The translations under genes and the position numbers were made by a program. From the IMG/VR virus record IMGVR_UViG_3300020576_006644, positions 32,001 through 96,000 of that record: DNA of 64,000 bases, one strand, 5' to 3'. The notes beneath the pieces are model-generated. The model made no database searches and was not told the origin of the DNA. It worked only from the letters and a program-made list of their open reading frames with translations. Shown here piece by piece: positions 37,974-47,650 of this stretch (the first letter of the stretch is position 1; the number at the start of each line of letters is the position of its first letter). The stretch comes from a virus. Taxonomy: Duplodnaviria > Caudoviricetes.

Positions 37974-38356
37974 GCGAGCCCAAGCTGCTGTTCTGTGGGG
38001 TCCGCGACGGCGGGGACTTCTGGCATCTGGAGTGCCGCTTCGCCGACGGGCAGAAGTTTGCCGCGGTCCAGGTGGACAAGGACCACGAGAAGCTGGCTGA
38101 CGAGATCGCGGCCTACCTCAACACCCGTAAAGAGAAGGAGCAGGCGCTGGGCCTCGCCGAGATCCGCATCCGGCAGCTCGGGGAGCAGCTGGCGGCATGC
38201 GAAAAGGCCCTAGCCGAGCGGGATGTGCGAGTCCTCGTTCTGACCCGGTTTGTCCTCAATATCCGCGACGGGTGGGACTGCGACGAGGACGCTCACCGTC
38301 ATCGGACGCCTTGCCGCTGCTGCGAGGCTGAGAAGCTAGTCGGCCCCGCCTCGTGA
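37970..38356 (+). CDS. Hypothetical coiled-coil protein
   Basis: GTGA overlap, RBS. Confidence 0.6.
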   Translation: MSEPKLLFCGVRDGGDFWHLECRFADGQKFAAVQVDKDHEKLADEIAAYLNTRKEKEQALGLAEIRIRQLGEQLAACEKALAERDVRVLVLTRFVLNIRDGWDCDEDAHRHRTPCRCCEAEKLVGPAS

Positions 38357-38665
38357 ATTGATCCGCTTCTTCATCCGCTCCCGCTGCACCCACGGCCTGT
38401 CCCGCCTCCAGTAGATCTCCACCGGCTCCGCCCGCTGCAGCGCCGCCCTCAGTTCCGGGGTGGCGTGCAGCACGAGTAGCAGCGCCTCCAGGTTTAGCCG
38501 CCCATCCGCGAGGCAGATCCGCCGCTTCCCCGTCTCGATGAGGGAAAGCAGCGTGTGGCTGCACCCGGCCACCCGCGCCGCAGCTCGCAGCTTGACGCCG
38601 GCGGCGATGCGAGCCCGGTGCAGGAGCAGCCCCGGGTAGGGGGGTGGCTCAGGCGCGATCGCCAT
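38336..38665 (-). CDS. XRE-family HTH regulator
   Basis: LLHRARIAAGVKLRAAARVAGCSHTLLSLIETGKRR. Confidence 0.8.
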   Translation of the reverse strand: MAIAPEPPPYPGLLLHRARIAAGVKLRAAARVAGCSHTLLSLIETGKRRICLADGRLNLEALLLVLHATPELRAALQRAEPVEIYWRRDRPWVQRERMKKRINSRGGAD

Positions 38666-39134
38666 TTTCCCTGGAAATGGCTACCGGCCGGCTGTCCCCG
38701 CGCACCCTGACCAAGACCGGCTGCCCCCACCTGAAGGGGTAGAGCACCGAGTCGTTGAGCAGGTGGACGAGGCACAGCCCCTCCTTTAGCTCCCCGGTGG
38801 CCCAGATCGACTCGGTGTTTCCGTCCCAGTCGCGGAGAGCTACCTTGAACTCCCCGTGCTGCGCCCGGAGGGTGTCGATGAACGCCTTGTCGGGGTGCAG
38901 CGGCGCGCGGATCGAGAAGGGCGGCGGGTCGTCCTCGGGTTTCCACGATGATCCTGGCGAGGGGACCATCCGGCGGCGCTCTTTGAACAGCGGCGGCAGC
39001 TTCTCCTTGTGTTGGTCGCAGTAGTAGGCGTCCCCGGCGTAGTCTTTGTTGGAGATGTGTAGGTAAGGGTCGACCAGCACCACGCGGGTGGTCGCGGGGT
39101 CAGGACATCCGATCTCTGCACATTGGGTCTTCAT
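38649..39134 (-). CDS. Hypothetical protein with CxxxxC...YCxxH zinc motif
   Basis: ATGA overlap with the transporter stop. Confidence 0.6.
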   Translation of the reverse strand: MKTQCAEIGCPDPATTRVVLVDPYLHISNKDYAGDAYYCDQHKEKLPPLFKERRRMVPSPGSSWKPEDDPPPFSIRAPLHPDKAFIDTLRAQHGEFKVALRDWDGNTESIWATGELKEGLCLVHLLNDSVLYPFRWGQPVLVRVRGDSRPVAISRENGDRA

Positions 39135-40519
39135 GCCGCCCTCTTCATCTTGGGGACCAGCCGCAGCTTGGCGATCTGCTTGCCGGCCGCCTCCCACCGC
39201 TGCACGGCCTCCAGCTCCTTGGGTGGCTGCCCCGAGCCGACGAGCCTGGACAGCGGGCGCCACAGGAGCGCCACCAGCGCGGCGCCGGAGAGGCCTACCC
39301 CGGCCAGCACGGCGAAGTAGCCCGAGTGCGACAGCGCCGGCCACGCCACCCGGCCGATCTGCCCGGAGACGAAGCCGCCGACCGAGCTCGAAAGTAGCCA
39401 CACGCCGAGCAGGAACCCACGCAGCCGCTGCGGGGCGAGCCGCGCCACCAGCGCCGTTCCGATGGGGCTCACGAGCAGCTCTCCGATGGTGATGAGCAGG
39501 TAGAAGCCGAGGAGCCACGCGATGCTGACGCCCTTGGCGCTGCCGGCCGCCCCGACCCGCAGGAGCGCCGCCGCCGCCGCGGACAGCAGCAACCCGGCGA
39601 GCAGCATGTGGATGGGGCCGATCGGTGCGCCCTGCCGCCGCCGGTTCAGGGCCTTGACTGCCCACTCGATGACCGGGGTGAGCACCAGGATGCCGATCGG
39701 GTTGATGGCGTTCGTCAGCGTCGCGTACTCGGCTAGCCCGGCGACGCACTCTTTCGCCCAGAGCGTCAGCGACCCGCCGTCGGCGAGGTATACCGCCCAG
39801 AAGAGAGACGCCACCACGGAGACCGCCACGATCGCGGCCACGCGCCGCCCGGTGTCCGCTGGGTACGAGCCACGGTTCTCGCTGGTGGCGTCGGTGTCGA
39901 GTGGCTGGTCGAGGGCCTGGGCGAGAGGGGAGCGGTTGTCGACGAGGTGCCGGCGGAAGGTCCAGAAGGTGGCAAGGCCGATGCAGTGCCCGACAGCCGC
40001 CGACCCGAAGGCGAAGCCCCACCCGAGCCGGGTGACCATGACGGTCCCGAGGAGCGGCGCCACCATGGCCCCCAGGTTCACCGCCAGGTAGTAGCGGCTG
40101 AAGGCCTGCTCGTGCCGCGGGTCGCCCTCCTTATAGAGGGCGGAGAGCAGCGACTGCATGTTCGGCTTGAAAAGCCCATTGCCGACGACGATGAACCCCA
40201 TCGCTAGGATGAGCGCTGTCCGTGACTCCACCGTCATGATGAGGTGGCCGGCGGCGATGACGCACCCGCCTATGAGCACGGCCCGCTTGAGCCCGAGCAC
40301 CCGGTCGGCCAGCAGCCCGCCAAAGGGCGGCGTGAGGTAGACAAACCCCTGGAATGTGCCGAACATCTCCAGCGCCTGCGCGTCCGTCATCCCGAGGCGC
40401 TTGGTCATGTAGACAACGAGCAGCGCCCGCAGCAGGTAGTAGCCGAACCGTTCCCACAGCTCGGTAAAAAATAGGACGAGGAAACCTGGAGGGTGACGGT
40501 TTGGCAGCTGCTGCGGCAT
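39131..40519 (-). CDS. Proton-dependent oligopeptide transporter (POT/PTR, MFS)
   Basis: FFTELWERFGYY (ExxERFxYY), GGLLADRVLG, GNGLFKPN, FSRYYLAVNLGA, IGELLVSPIG; multiple TM helices. Confidence 0.92.
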   Translation of the reverse strand: MPQQLPNRHPPGFLVLFFTELWERFGYYLLRALLVVYMTKRLGMTDAQALEMFGTFQGFVYLTPPFGGLLADRVLGLKRAVLIGGCVIAAGHLIMTVESRTALILAMGFIVVGNGLFKPNMQSLLSALYKEGDPRHEQAFSRYYLAVNLGAMVAPLLGTVMVTRLGWGFAFGSAAVGHCIGLATFWTFRRHLVDNRSPLAQALDQPLDTDATSENRGSYPADTGRRVAAIVAVSVVASLFWAVYLADGGSLTLWAKECVAGLAEYATLTNAINPIGILVLTPVIEWAVKALNRRRQGAPIGPIHMLLAGLLLSAAAAALLRVGAAGSAKGVSIAWLLGFYLLITIGELLVSPIGTALVARLAPQRLRGFLLGVWLLSSSVGGFVSGQIGRVAWPALSHSGYFAVLAGVGLSGAALVALLWRPLSRLVGSGQPPKELEAVQRWEAAGKQIAKLRLVPKMKRAA

Positions 40520-40687
40520 GTTGGGCTCCTTTTGGGTGATCGCTTCCTCAAGGGTTTGTTGACGATCACAAGCACAACACGGGTGCTGCCGAGCTGGCAA
40601 TGCTGAATGTGGGAGCAGCGCTTGACGCACGTTCAGTATTGCGGCGAGGGCGGAGATCTGGGCGAATGGTGGGAAAGGAGAAATTGT

Positions 40688-40885
40688 ATGGAAGAGGAAC
40701 TTGTAAAATTACGCGCGTGGGCGTCACAAGCGGCACCGATTATTGAAGCGCTAAGGGAAGTTGAAGAATTGCGAAGGGCTTGGAAACAAGCCCCTGACCA
40801 TGAGAAAAGAGAGCGGTTTGCGGCGCTTATTTTGAAGGAAATATCAATCGTGAGCATCCCGCTTCCACCGAAAGGAACACCATGA
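40688..40885 (+). CDS. Hypothetical protein
   Basis: AAGGAG RBS; downstream of SOS box 40621. Confidence 0.6.
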   Translation: MEEELVKLRAWASQAAPIIEALREVEELRRAWKQAPDHEKRERFAALILKEISIVSIPLPPKGTP

Positions 40886-41523
40886 CTCCCATCCAGTCAC
40901 TCATCCTCAAGGCCGTCTGCATCAACGTCCCGATCGGCATCCTGCTGCTCGGGCCGAAGGACGCGGTGCTCAAGTACATCTGGGCGCACCGCCACGACGA
41001 TAAGCCCAGCCTTCGCATGTGGCACTACGAGACCTTGGCGGTCTGCGCGCTTGTCGCCGCGGTCGTCCTCCTGTCGGGCAACGACCCGGTGGAGTGGGTC
41101 GGCTTCGCCGCGCTGACGCTGGCCCACGGGCGGAACTCGGTGATGTTCCGGCTCACTGAGGCGCAGCAGCACTCAAACCCCGTCGACCCGCACCATGTGG
41201 AGTGCTGGCGGTGGAACACCATCTACTTCCTGCTGGCTGAATGCTTCTGGGCGGCCTACTTCGTCCTGCACCGGAGCTGGGCGGCGCTGGCCGGGGTGGT
41301 GATCTTCGTCGGCTACGGGCAGTGGAGGCGGTGGTATGGAAGGCGCTCGCTGAAGTGGTTGGAGAAGGCCTTCCCGAGAGGCGGCTACCGCGAGCTGCCG
41401 ATCGACCCAGCGAAGATCAAGCCCGCGCAGGTCAAGGTCGTGATCGGTTCAATCGACAGTACATGTGACCACGGTTATGCCGACCGGGGCTTCTGTGCGA
41501 TTTGCCGTCCTCCTGAGACCTAG
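40882..41523 (+). CDS. Membrane protein
   Basis: Several hydrophobic helices. Confidence 0.65.
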   Translation: MTPIQSLILKAVCINVPIGILLLGPKDAVLKYIWAHRHDDKPSLRMWHYETLAVCALVAAVVLLSGNDPVEWVGFAALTLAHGRNSVMFRLTEAQQHSNPVDPHHVECWRWNTIYFLLAECFWAAYFVLHRSWAALAGVVIFVGYGQWRRWYGRRSLKWLEKAFPRGGYRELPIDPAKIKPAQVKVVIGSIDSTCDHGYADRGFCAICRPPET

Positions 41524-43019
41524 ATCTCCCCGATCCCCACGATCTCCGCTCGCATCCCCTTCTCTTCGTAAGCCCTCCTCCTCGCCTCCGCGTGTCGGCG
41601 CAGCCACTGCCCCGGCAGCGTGAGGCTGCGCCGCTTGGCCGCCTCCGCCTTCGAGTCCTCGTCGGCGAAGTCGAATATCGTCACCGACTCCTTCTTCCCC
41701 ATCTCCGCGCAGCGCCGGCAGTTCTCGGTGCGGCAGATGCGCCCCCCGCGCCCCCCGCGCTGGATGGCCTCGATGGGGCTGCGCCCAGAGGCAGCGTTTA
41801 TGCACCAGTAGGCGTGGATGATGTCGGTGTTCTGCTTGAAGATCTTTGAGCAGATGATGTTGTCGATCTCCCCGCGCTCGAAGCGCTCAATGAGGTCCTT
41901 GCGTGCCTCCGAGCTGTCATCCCCGAAGACGAAGGCGGACTTTATCCCGACGTGTTCGGCGATCTTGGCGAGGTAGCGCCCGTGGTCGATGTCGCGGACG
42001 AAGGTGAGGATGCCCGTCTTCTTGCGGCGCCAGATCTCGGCGACGAGCGCGTTCCGAGCCTTGGACAGCGACACGGCTCGCTGGTAGCCGTCGGAGCTGT
42101 AGTGCGGGGTATCCGGCTGGTCGCAGCGGACCATGACCACCCGGCACTCGGAGATGATCCCCTGCGACTCCAGCTCCGCTCGCGGCACCCGGTAGACGAT
42201 CGGTCCGAACTGCGCTCGAACCGCCGCGTCCCGGTTGTCGCTGCGCCCCCCGACGGTGGCGGATAGCCCGATGCGGACGACGCAGCGGGGCATCGCCCGC
42301 AGGATGCGCTGGCTGCGCGGCGAGCCGCTCATCTGCACCTCGTCGTACAGCACCCAGCCGACCTGCCCGAGGAGCTCTAGAGCCTTTGGCGACCACCTGT
42401 CCCCGTCAAACTGTTGGTCGATGGTGGCGGGGCTGGCGACCGTGATTCGCCGGTCCCCTTGCCACAGCCCGTCACCGATGAGGCCAGGATCTTCCCCGCT
42501 GCGCAGCGCGATGCGGCCGGGCTTTGGTGATTTTGTGCGCCCATCACCGTCGAGTATTGCGCGGGAGTCGTATTTTGGCAGCGGGTCGCCGAGTTGGTGG
42601 ACGCCGCCGATGTCGTCGCAGAGGACCAGCCCGCGGCCGAGCAGCGACATGGCCAGGGCCGCGATGATCTCACCCTTGCCGCCGGCGGTGGGCACGTCGA
42701 TGCAGCCGACGACAGCTCGCAGCGCTGCCTCGACGGCCTCGCGCTGGTGGGGGAGCAGCCAGGCGAGCGGCAGTTGCCGCCGCCCAGGGAGGGTGCGGAA
42801 GTCGTTTCTGGCAGCGCCGACCCCACGCGAGCGCAGCGCCGACTCAGCCTCCTGCAGCAGCCCGATCGGGAAGCTGCGGGTCATGGGGTCGTACAGGCAC
42901 ATTCGCTCGGGCCGCCCGCGGCGCTTGCCGAGGTCGTAGGTCAGCTCCTCGTGCAGCGCCTGCAGCTCTTCGGGACTGCCGACGGCGCGGACGATCGCGG
43001 GGTGGACCTGGAGAATCAC
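41520..43019 (-). CDS. SF2 helicase (UvsW/Rad25-like)
   Basis: LLPHQ, PTAGGKG, DEVQ, GLSAT, IQRGGRGGR. Confidence 0.88.
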   Translation of the reverse strand: MILQVHPAIVRAVGSPEELQALHEELTYDLGKRRGRPERMCLYDPMTRSFPIGLLQEAESALRSRGVGAARNDFRTLPGRRQLPLAWLLPHQREAVEAALRAVVGCIDVPTAGGKGEIIAALAMSLLGRGLVLCDDIGGVHQLGDPLPKYDSRAILDGDGRTKSPKPGRIALRSGEDPGLIGDGLWQGDRRITVASPATIDQQFDGDRWSPKALELLGQVGWVLYDEVQMSGSPRSQRILRAMPRCVVRIGLSATVGGRSDNRDAAVRAQFGPIVYRVPRAELESQGIISECRVVMVRCDQPDTPHYSSDGYQRAVSLSKARNALVAEIWRRKKTGILTFVRDIDHGRYLAKIAEHVGIKSAFVFGDDSSEARKDLIERFERGEIDNIICSKIFKQNTDIIHAYWCINAASGRSPIEAIQRGGRGGRICRTENCRRCAEMGKKESVTIFDFADEDSKAEAAKRRSLTLPGQWLRRHAEARRRAYEEKGMRAEIVGIGEI

Positions 43020-43312
43020 AGGCCCTCAGAGGTGACTGGCGCCGGGCCACGGAGGATGATCTCTTGAACGTAGACCCCGTCTCCCTCGGTGGGTGTCCAC
43101 ATCCATCCGGTCTCGACGTACTTGCGCACTACCTGATGAAGCAGTGCTACACGGGTTTTTATCGGGAGGTCTACATGTACGACATCGCCAAACCCTTTGA
43201 ATTTGGCTCGGAGTTGGTCGTCGATGTGCTTCTCAAGGGCGGCAATTTTTGCGTCTCGTCTGGCGTGTTCGGCCGCTGCTAGCTCGGCGCGTAGCTGGGT
43301 GGGAGTGACCAT
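43016..43312 (-). CDS. Hypothetical protein
   Basis: Follows SOS box 43344. Confidence 0.6.
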   Translation of the reverse strand: MVTPTQLRAELAAAEHARRDAKIAALEKHIDDQLRAKFKGFGDVVHVDLPIKTRVALLHQVVRKYVETGWMWTPTEGDGVYVQEIILRGPAPVTSEGL

Positions 43313-43361
43313 GCACCGACGTAAGCACCATCGGCGGGGGAGGGCAAGCCTGAACGTGCGG

Positions 43362-43916
43362 TCAGGGCAGCGTAGCCTTGAGCCAGTCAAGCACGCGGCT
43401 GGCCCGGTGGTAGTGCGGCGAGGTCGGGTCCTCGTAGTACATGATGATGTCGGCCATCTTCTCGATGTCTTCGCGCGGGAGCGGCGGCACCGCTTTGTCG
43501 GTGAGCCGGTAGCCGCAGCTCTTGTACCGCCCGCCGGCCTTCTCGATGTAGCCGTGGTGGGTGAGGACCTTGATGTGGTCGTTGACCCCGTTGGTAGAGC
43601 GGGCACCGAGGGCTGCGCCCAGGTCGCGCAGGGTCGGGGGTTTGCCGCCGCTCTGCCGCGTGAGCTCGATGATCTTGCGGAGGTAGATGGCGGCCCTCGG
43701 CGCCAGATCCGGGTAGGCGGGGTCAGGACTGACCGAATCCCGTCGCGGGTGCCACGTTTTGGCCGCTTCGGGGACCGGGCACCAGGCGTACAGTGTCTGT
43801 GTGGTGACGCCGAGCTGGCGGGCGGCGGCGCAGTAGTTGCCGTACTTCTTGCGGATCCCCTCGTAGCCGAGCGCTGTCGTCTCGGCCCGCATCGGGTGGT
43901 GCTTGTACTTGTTCAT
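43362..43916 (-). CDS. HTH + LexA N-terminal DNA-binding domain protein lacking the S24 autoprotease domain
   Basis: NYCAAARQLGVTTQTLYAW HTH; GKPPTLRDLGAALGARSTNGVNDHIKVLTHHGYIEK resembles myxobacterial LexA DBD; no Ser-Lys peptidase domain. Confidence 0.82.
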   Translation of the reverse strand: MNKYKHHPMRAETTALGYEGIRKKYGNYCAAARQLGVTTQTLYAWCPVPEAAKTWHPRRDSVSPDPAYPDLAPRAAIYLRKIIELTRQSGGKPPTLRDLGAALGARSTNGVNDHIKVLTHHGYIEKAGGRYKSCGYRLTDKAVPPLPREDIEKMADIIMYYEDPTSPHYHRASRVLDWLKATLP

Positions 43917-44009
43917 GCTCGGCAACATGCCCGCAGCCGCCGCCGGGGGCAATCAGGAACGTATGTTCAGGATTGCAATCTCAAGCCGGGCCAAGTTTCA
44001 ATGCGGCGT

Positions 44010-44870
44010 ATGGGATACCTACACATTGAAAACTTGTATAAGTCGCAGGACATCTTGCTCTTTCGGGAGTGCTACGCCCTGGAGAAAGTCCACGGCACGA
44101 GCGCTCACGTCAAGTGGAGCGAGGGCTGCGTCCTTAATTTCTTCTCGGGTGGTGAGTCGCACGAGAGGTTCAAGGCCCTCTTCGATCAGAATGATCTGAC
44201 GAATCGCCTCCGGGCGCTCACGCATCCAGACATCACCATCTTTGGTGAGGCATACGGCGGCAAGTGCCAGGGTATGTCCGCGACTTACGGTCCCGAGCTG
44301 CGCTTTATCGCCTTTGACGTGAAGGTTGGCGAGTATTGGCTATCGGTGCCCGATGCGGAGCAGGTCGCTACAGCTCTCGGGCTGGAGTTCGTCCCATACG
44401 TCCGCTTACCGACCGACCTCTCCAACCTAGATTGGTGTCGGGATGCCCCATCGATCCTGGCGGCGAATCGCGGATGTGGGTTAGATAAGAAGAAAGAGGG
44501 TGTCGTTCTCCGCCCGCTTGTTGAGCTGACCAAGAACAACGGCGACCGGATCATCGCCAAGCACAAGCGGGACGAGTTCCGTGAGCGCGCCACACCGCAA
44601 AAGGTCATCGACCCGGACAAGCTGAAGGTTCTCGCCGATGCGGACGCCATCGCCGCCGAGTGGGTGACGGAGATGCGGCTGGCGCACGTCATCGACAAGA
44701 TCTGCCCCGTACCCGACATTGGAGCCACCCCCAAAGTAATCGCCGCGATGGTGGAGGACGTGGAGCGCGAGGCGGCGGGCGAGATCGTCGTCAGCAAGGA
44801 GGCCCGTGCCGCCATCGGCCGCCGCACGGCGCAGCTCTTTAAGGCGCGGATCGCCACCATCCTCCGCTAG
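44010..44870 (+). CDS. RNA ligase (Rnl2-like nucleotidyltransferase)
   Basis: Motif I EKVHGT, IFGEAYG, FIAFDV, KEGVVLR, IIAKHK. Confidence 0.82.
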   Translation: MGYLHIENLYKSQDILLFRECYALEKVHGTSAHVKWSEGCVLNFFSGGESHERFKALFDQNDLTNRLRALTHPDITIFGEAYGGKCQGMSATYGPELRFIAFDVKVGEYWLSVPDAEQVATALGLEFVPYVRLPTDLSNLDWCRDAPSILAANRGCGLDKKKEGVVLRPLVELTKNNGDRIIAKHKRDEFRERATPQKVIDPDKLKVLADADAIAAEWVTEMRLAHVIDKICPVPDIGATPKVIAAMVEDVEREAAGEIVVSKEARAAIGRRTAQLFKARIATILR

Positions 44871-45577
44871 TTCTCCCCCAGCGCCTCCTTCAGCGCCCAC
44901 CGCAGTCCCGCCTCCAGCTTGAACTTCCCTCGGGCCCCGGCCCGCTTGCAGGCTCGCGACAACAGCGCCTTCAGCTCCCGCTGCCCGGCCGCCGTCGAGC
45001 AGCTCACCTCCAGCAGCGGCGACTGCTCGCTGCGCTCCGCCGGCGCGTCAGCGTCTCTCGAGCCGCTCCCGGCGTCCGGGTCCGGCAGGTCGGGCAGCTG
45101 CGCGCCGGCGCCGTCGGTTCCCGGCTCCACCCCGAGCAGCAGGTCCATGTCGGCGCGGTCCCAGCCGGCCGCGGCGTACAGGTCCTCGCGCGACCAACCC
45201 TCCCCGTGGAGGAACTTGAGGTCGGCGGCCACCACGTCCTGCCGCGGCTCCCCGCGCCAGCGGTTCAGCGCCAGCCGCAGCGCCCGGAGCTGTGCGTCGG
45301 TCATCGACTCGGGGTAAACGAGCGCCGGCAGCTCGACAAGGCCAGCCACCCGGGCAGCTCGGAGGCGGTGGTTGCCGTCGACGATGTCGTACTGCTTGCC
45401 GGGTAGGGCTCGGAGGGTGATCGCCTGAGCGAAGTCGAGCCGCCGCACCGCCTCACATAGACCGGCGAAGGATGCCTCATCCATCGAATTGGGATTTTCG
45501 TCCGTCGGTGTGTCTTGGCAATCAGCGACGGGGACTACGAGCTGGATGGGGCGGGGCGGGGCTTTCGAGGGGGACAT
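44867..45577 (-). CDS. ParB/Srx-like N-terminal domain protein
   Basis: ENPNSM, YDIVDGNHRLRAA, LALNRWRG. Confidence 0.8.
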   Translation of the reverse strand: MSPSKAPPRPIQLVVPVADCQDTPTDENPNSMDEASFAGLCEAVRRLDFAQAITLRALPGKQYDIVDGNHRLRAARVAGLVELPALVYPESMTDAQLRALRLALNRWRGEPRQDVVAADLKFLHGEGWSREDLYAAAGWDRADMDLLLGVEPGTDGAGAQLPDLPDPDAGSGSRDADAPAERSEQSPLLEVSCSTAAGQRELKALLSRACKRAGARGKFKLEAGLRWALKEALGEN

Positions 45578-45645
45578 GCGCCGCAGGGTAGCGCGGGCGG
45601 GCTATCCTCTCCAGAACAAACCCCCTAGAGGAGAGGCGCAAGCCC

Positions 45646-46056
45646 ATGTCGAACAAGACCGCGACGATGACCTTCCAGCTCACCTACGTCGGCCCCGACG
45701 GCGACCAGGTGGTGATGCCCCAGCGAGCCATCCAGTCGAGCTACCAGGCCCAGGAGCACGGCTCCATCGACATCCCCGACGCCACGGCTGCCGCCACCGT
45801 CTACAACGTCCCCTTCGGCGGGATCACCGTGGACGCCGAGGCGGGCCTCATCGAGAACCGGACCGGGCAGCCGCTGGAGGTGAAGATCAACGGCGCCGCA
45901 GCGACCAGCCAGACCATTCCGAACGGGGGCGTGTTCGCCTGGGCCAATCCCGTGGCGAGCGGCGGCACCCCGATCCTAGCTATCTCGCTCAAGACCACGG
46001 CGATGCAGGCCGGGGTCGGCTACATCAACTATCACCTGTTCGGGGACCCGACTTAA
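45646..46056 (+). CDS. Putative virion structural protein
   Basis: Beta-rich Ala/Thr/Gly composition; GAGGAG RBS. Confidence 0.55.
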   Translation: MSNKTATMTFQLTYVGPDGDQVVMPQRAIQSSYQAQEHGSIDIPDATAAATVYNVPFGGITVDAEAGLIENRTGQPLEVKINGAAATSQTIPNGGVFAWANPVASGGTPILAISLKTTAMQAGVGYINYHLFGDPT

Positions 46057-46258
46057 TCAGGGCGGCCCGCCGCACCCAGCGGTCCTTGGACTTGTGCCGC
46101 TGGCATTCGAGGCAGGGCGGGCAGCGGCGCTTCCCAGGAGCGGGAGGCGAGCCGCAGCCGGCCTCGACGCAGAGACCGGCTGCTACCCGGGCCGCGTAGG
46201 CAGAGGAGGCCCAGGCGGCGCGGCAGGCCTTCTTGTTCGGGTTGCGGGGGCGGGACAC
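46025..46258 (-). CDS. Small basic zinc-finger protein
   Basis: GLCVEAGC...RRCPPCLE. Confidence 0.45.
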   Translation of the reverse strand: MSRPRNPNKKACRAAWASSAYAARVAAGLCVEAGCGSPPAPGKRRCPPCLECQRHKSKDRWVRRAALIKSGPRTGDS

Positions 46259-46277
46259 GGTGCCGATCGTAGACGAT

Positions 46278-46904
46278 CTAGTCCCAATAGGCAGAGGTGC
46301 TGCGCCAGTCGGGGTAGTGCTCCCCGAGCCACGCCTCACACTGCTTCTGCGCCACCTCCCGCTTGCTGGGCGTCTCCACGCCGGTTTCCTTGTCGCGGCA
46401 GCCGTAGCGGTCTGCGTCGGTCAGCATCTCGATCCGATCGCTGGTGAACACCACCTTGTCCCCGTCCTTGACGACGCACATGGCGATTTTCTCGTAGTCG
46501 GGGTGTCCGTAGCTGTCGGTGCTGAAGCGGGTGTCCATGTGCAAGCGCGCCCCGCGGTCGTAGAAGGCGGCCTTGTAGAAGATGCTGGCCCGCTTGCGGC
46601 CCTTGTCGTCCAGGAGGTTCGACCACATGGAATGGTCCGTCCGCTTGATCGACCACCCGGCCGGCAGCTCGGCGCGCTGAAAGAGGTCGTCACCGTCGAC
46701 CGGGCCGAGGCGCATGACACCGGCCTTTTCGAGCTCGTCCCACGGCGAGCGGGTGGGGAGCTGGGCGCTTCCGGTGGCTGCTGCAGCAGCCAGCTCGGCC
46801 TGCCCGCGCGCCTCCTGCGCTTCGATGGCGGCGGACGGGTGCTTACCCTCCATGTTAAAGAGCATGGCTTCGAGCAGGATGCTTTCGGGACTGGACTGGT
46901 TCAT
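46278..46904 (-). CDS. Conserved phage hypothetical protein
   Basis: LPAGWSIKRTDHSMWSNLLDDKGRKRASIFYKAAFYDR; ends YWD. Confidence 0.75.
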   Translation of the reverse strand: MNQSSPESILLEAMLFNMEGKHPSAAIEAQEARGQAELAAAAATGSAQLPTRSPWDELEKAGVMRLGPVDGDDLFQRAELPAGWSIKRTDHSMWSNLLDDKGRKRASIFYKAAFYDRGARLHMDTRFSTDSYGHPDYEKIAMCVVKDGDKVVFTSDRIEMLTDADRYGCRDKETGVETPSKREVAQKQCEAWLGEHYPDWRSTSAYWD

Positions 46905-46984
46905 GGGGGCGATCTCCTTGTTTGGTGAGCAAGGAGATCGTGTAGGAGGGTGGGGTCGGCTGTCCAGACTGGACGTTTGGTCAG

Positions 46985-47497
46985 CTAGACCGGGCCGGCG
47001 GCGGCGAGCTTCTGCTCGATGTCGTCCTGCGCCTGCTTGGCCTTCTGCGGGTCGCTGGTCAGCATGCGCGAGGTGGCGACGGCGACCTGCCCGGTGGGGA
47101 GCTTGACCTTGACCCACCCGCCGGTGACGCCGAGCACCTCGCCCTGGGCCTGGGCGACCTTGGGCCCGTGCAGCACCGAGGCGCGCTCGTACTCGCTGCC
47201 GACGAGGAAGACTTTCGCTCCCTTGTCGAGGACCGGGCCGATCCCGCGCCCGCGGCGGGGGCTCTGCAGCGAGTCGATGCCTGAGTGGCTGCGATAGGGG
47301 GCCTTCCACTGCTGGAGCAGCTTGTCGGCCGCCTGGTGCAGAGCGGCAAAGCCCTTGTCTTTGGTCTCGGCGGCGGCGTGGGCGAGCAGGCTCGCGAGCC
47401 CGGCGGTGTGGAGGTCCATGCGCTCGCGGAAGCGCTCCGGGTAGGGGCGGGTGATCTTCTTGGCGGGCGCGGGGGTGGTGGTGGGGATGCGGGCCAT
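46985..47497 (-). CDS. Hypothetical protein with SH3-like C-terminal half
   Basis: GAKVFLV...GEVLGVTGGWVKVKLPTGQV. Confidence 0.6.
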   Translation of the reverse strand: MARIPTTTPAPAKKITRPYPERFRERMDLHTAGLASLLAHAAAETKDKGFAALHQAADKLLQQWKAPYRSHSGIDSLQSPRRGRGIGPVLDKGAKVFLVGSEYERASVLHGPKVAQAQGEVLGVTGGWVKVKLPTGQVAVATSRMLTSDPQKAKQAQDDIEQKLAAAGPV

Positions 47498-47650
47498 GTG
47501 AAACCTCTTATTTACGTTGTTTTGAGCTGCGAAAGTGCGGCTCTCGTGTGTGGGGGAAGTTAGACCTTGCGGTTTGCGGTGGCAAGGGCAAACCACTGAA
47601 CGAACGTCAGGTATTTACTTTGGGTGGCTGGTGGTGTTTGAGTCTTAGCC

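Noticed and set aside
43197-44009. 557-aa N-terminally extended RNA ligase
   Set aside because: The extension is antisense to the LexA-like gene and spans the promoter; the likely start is ATG 44010.
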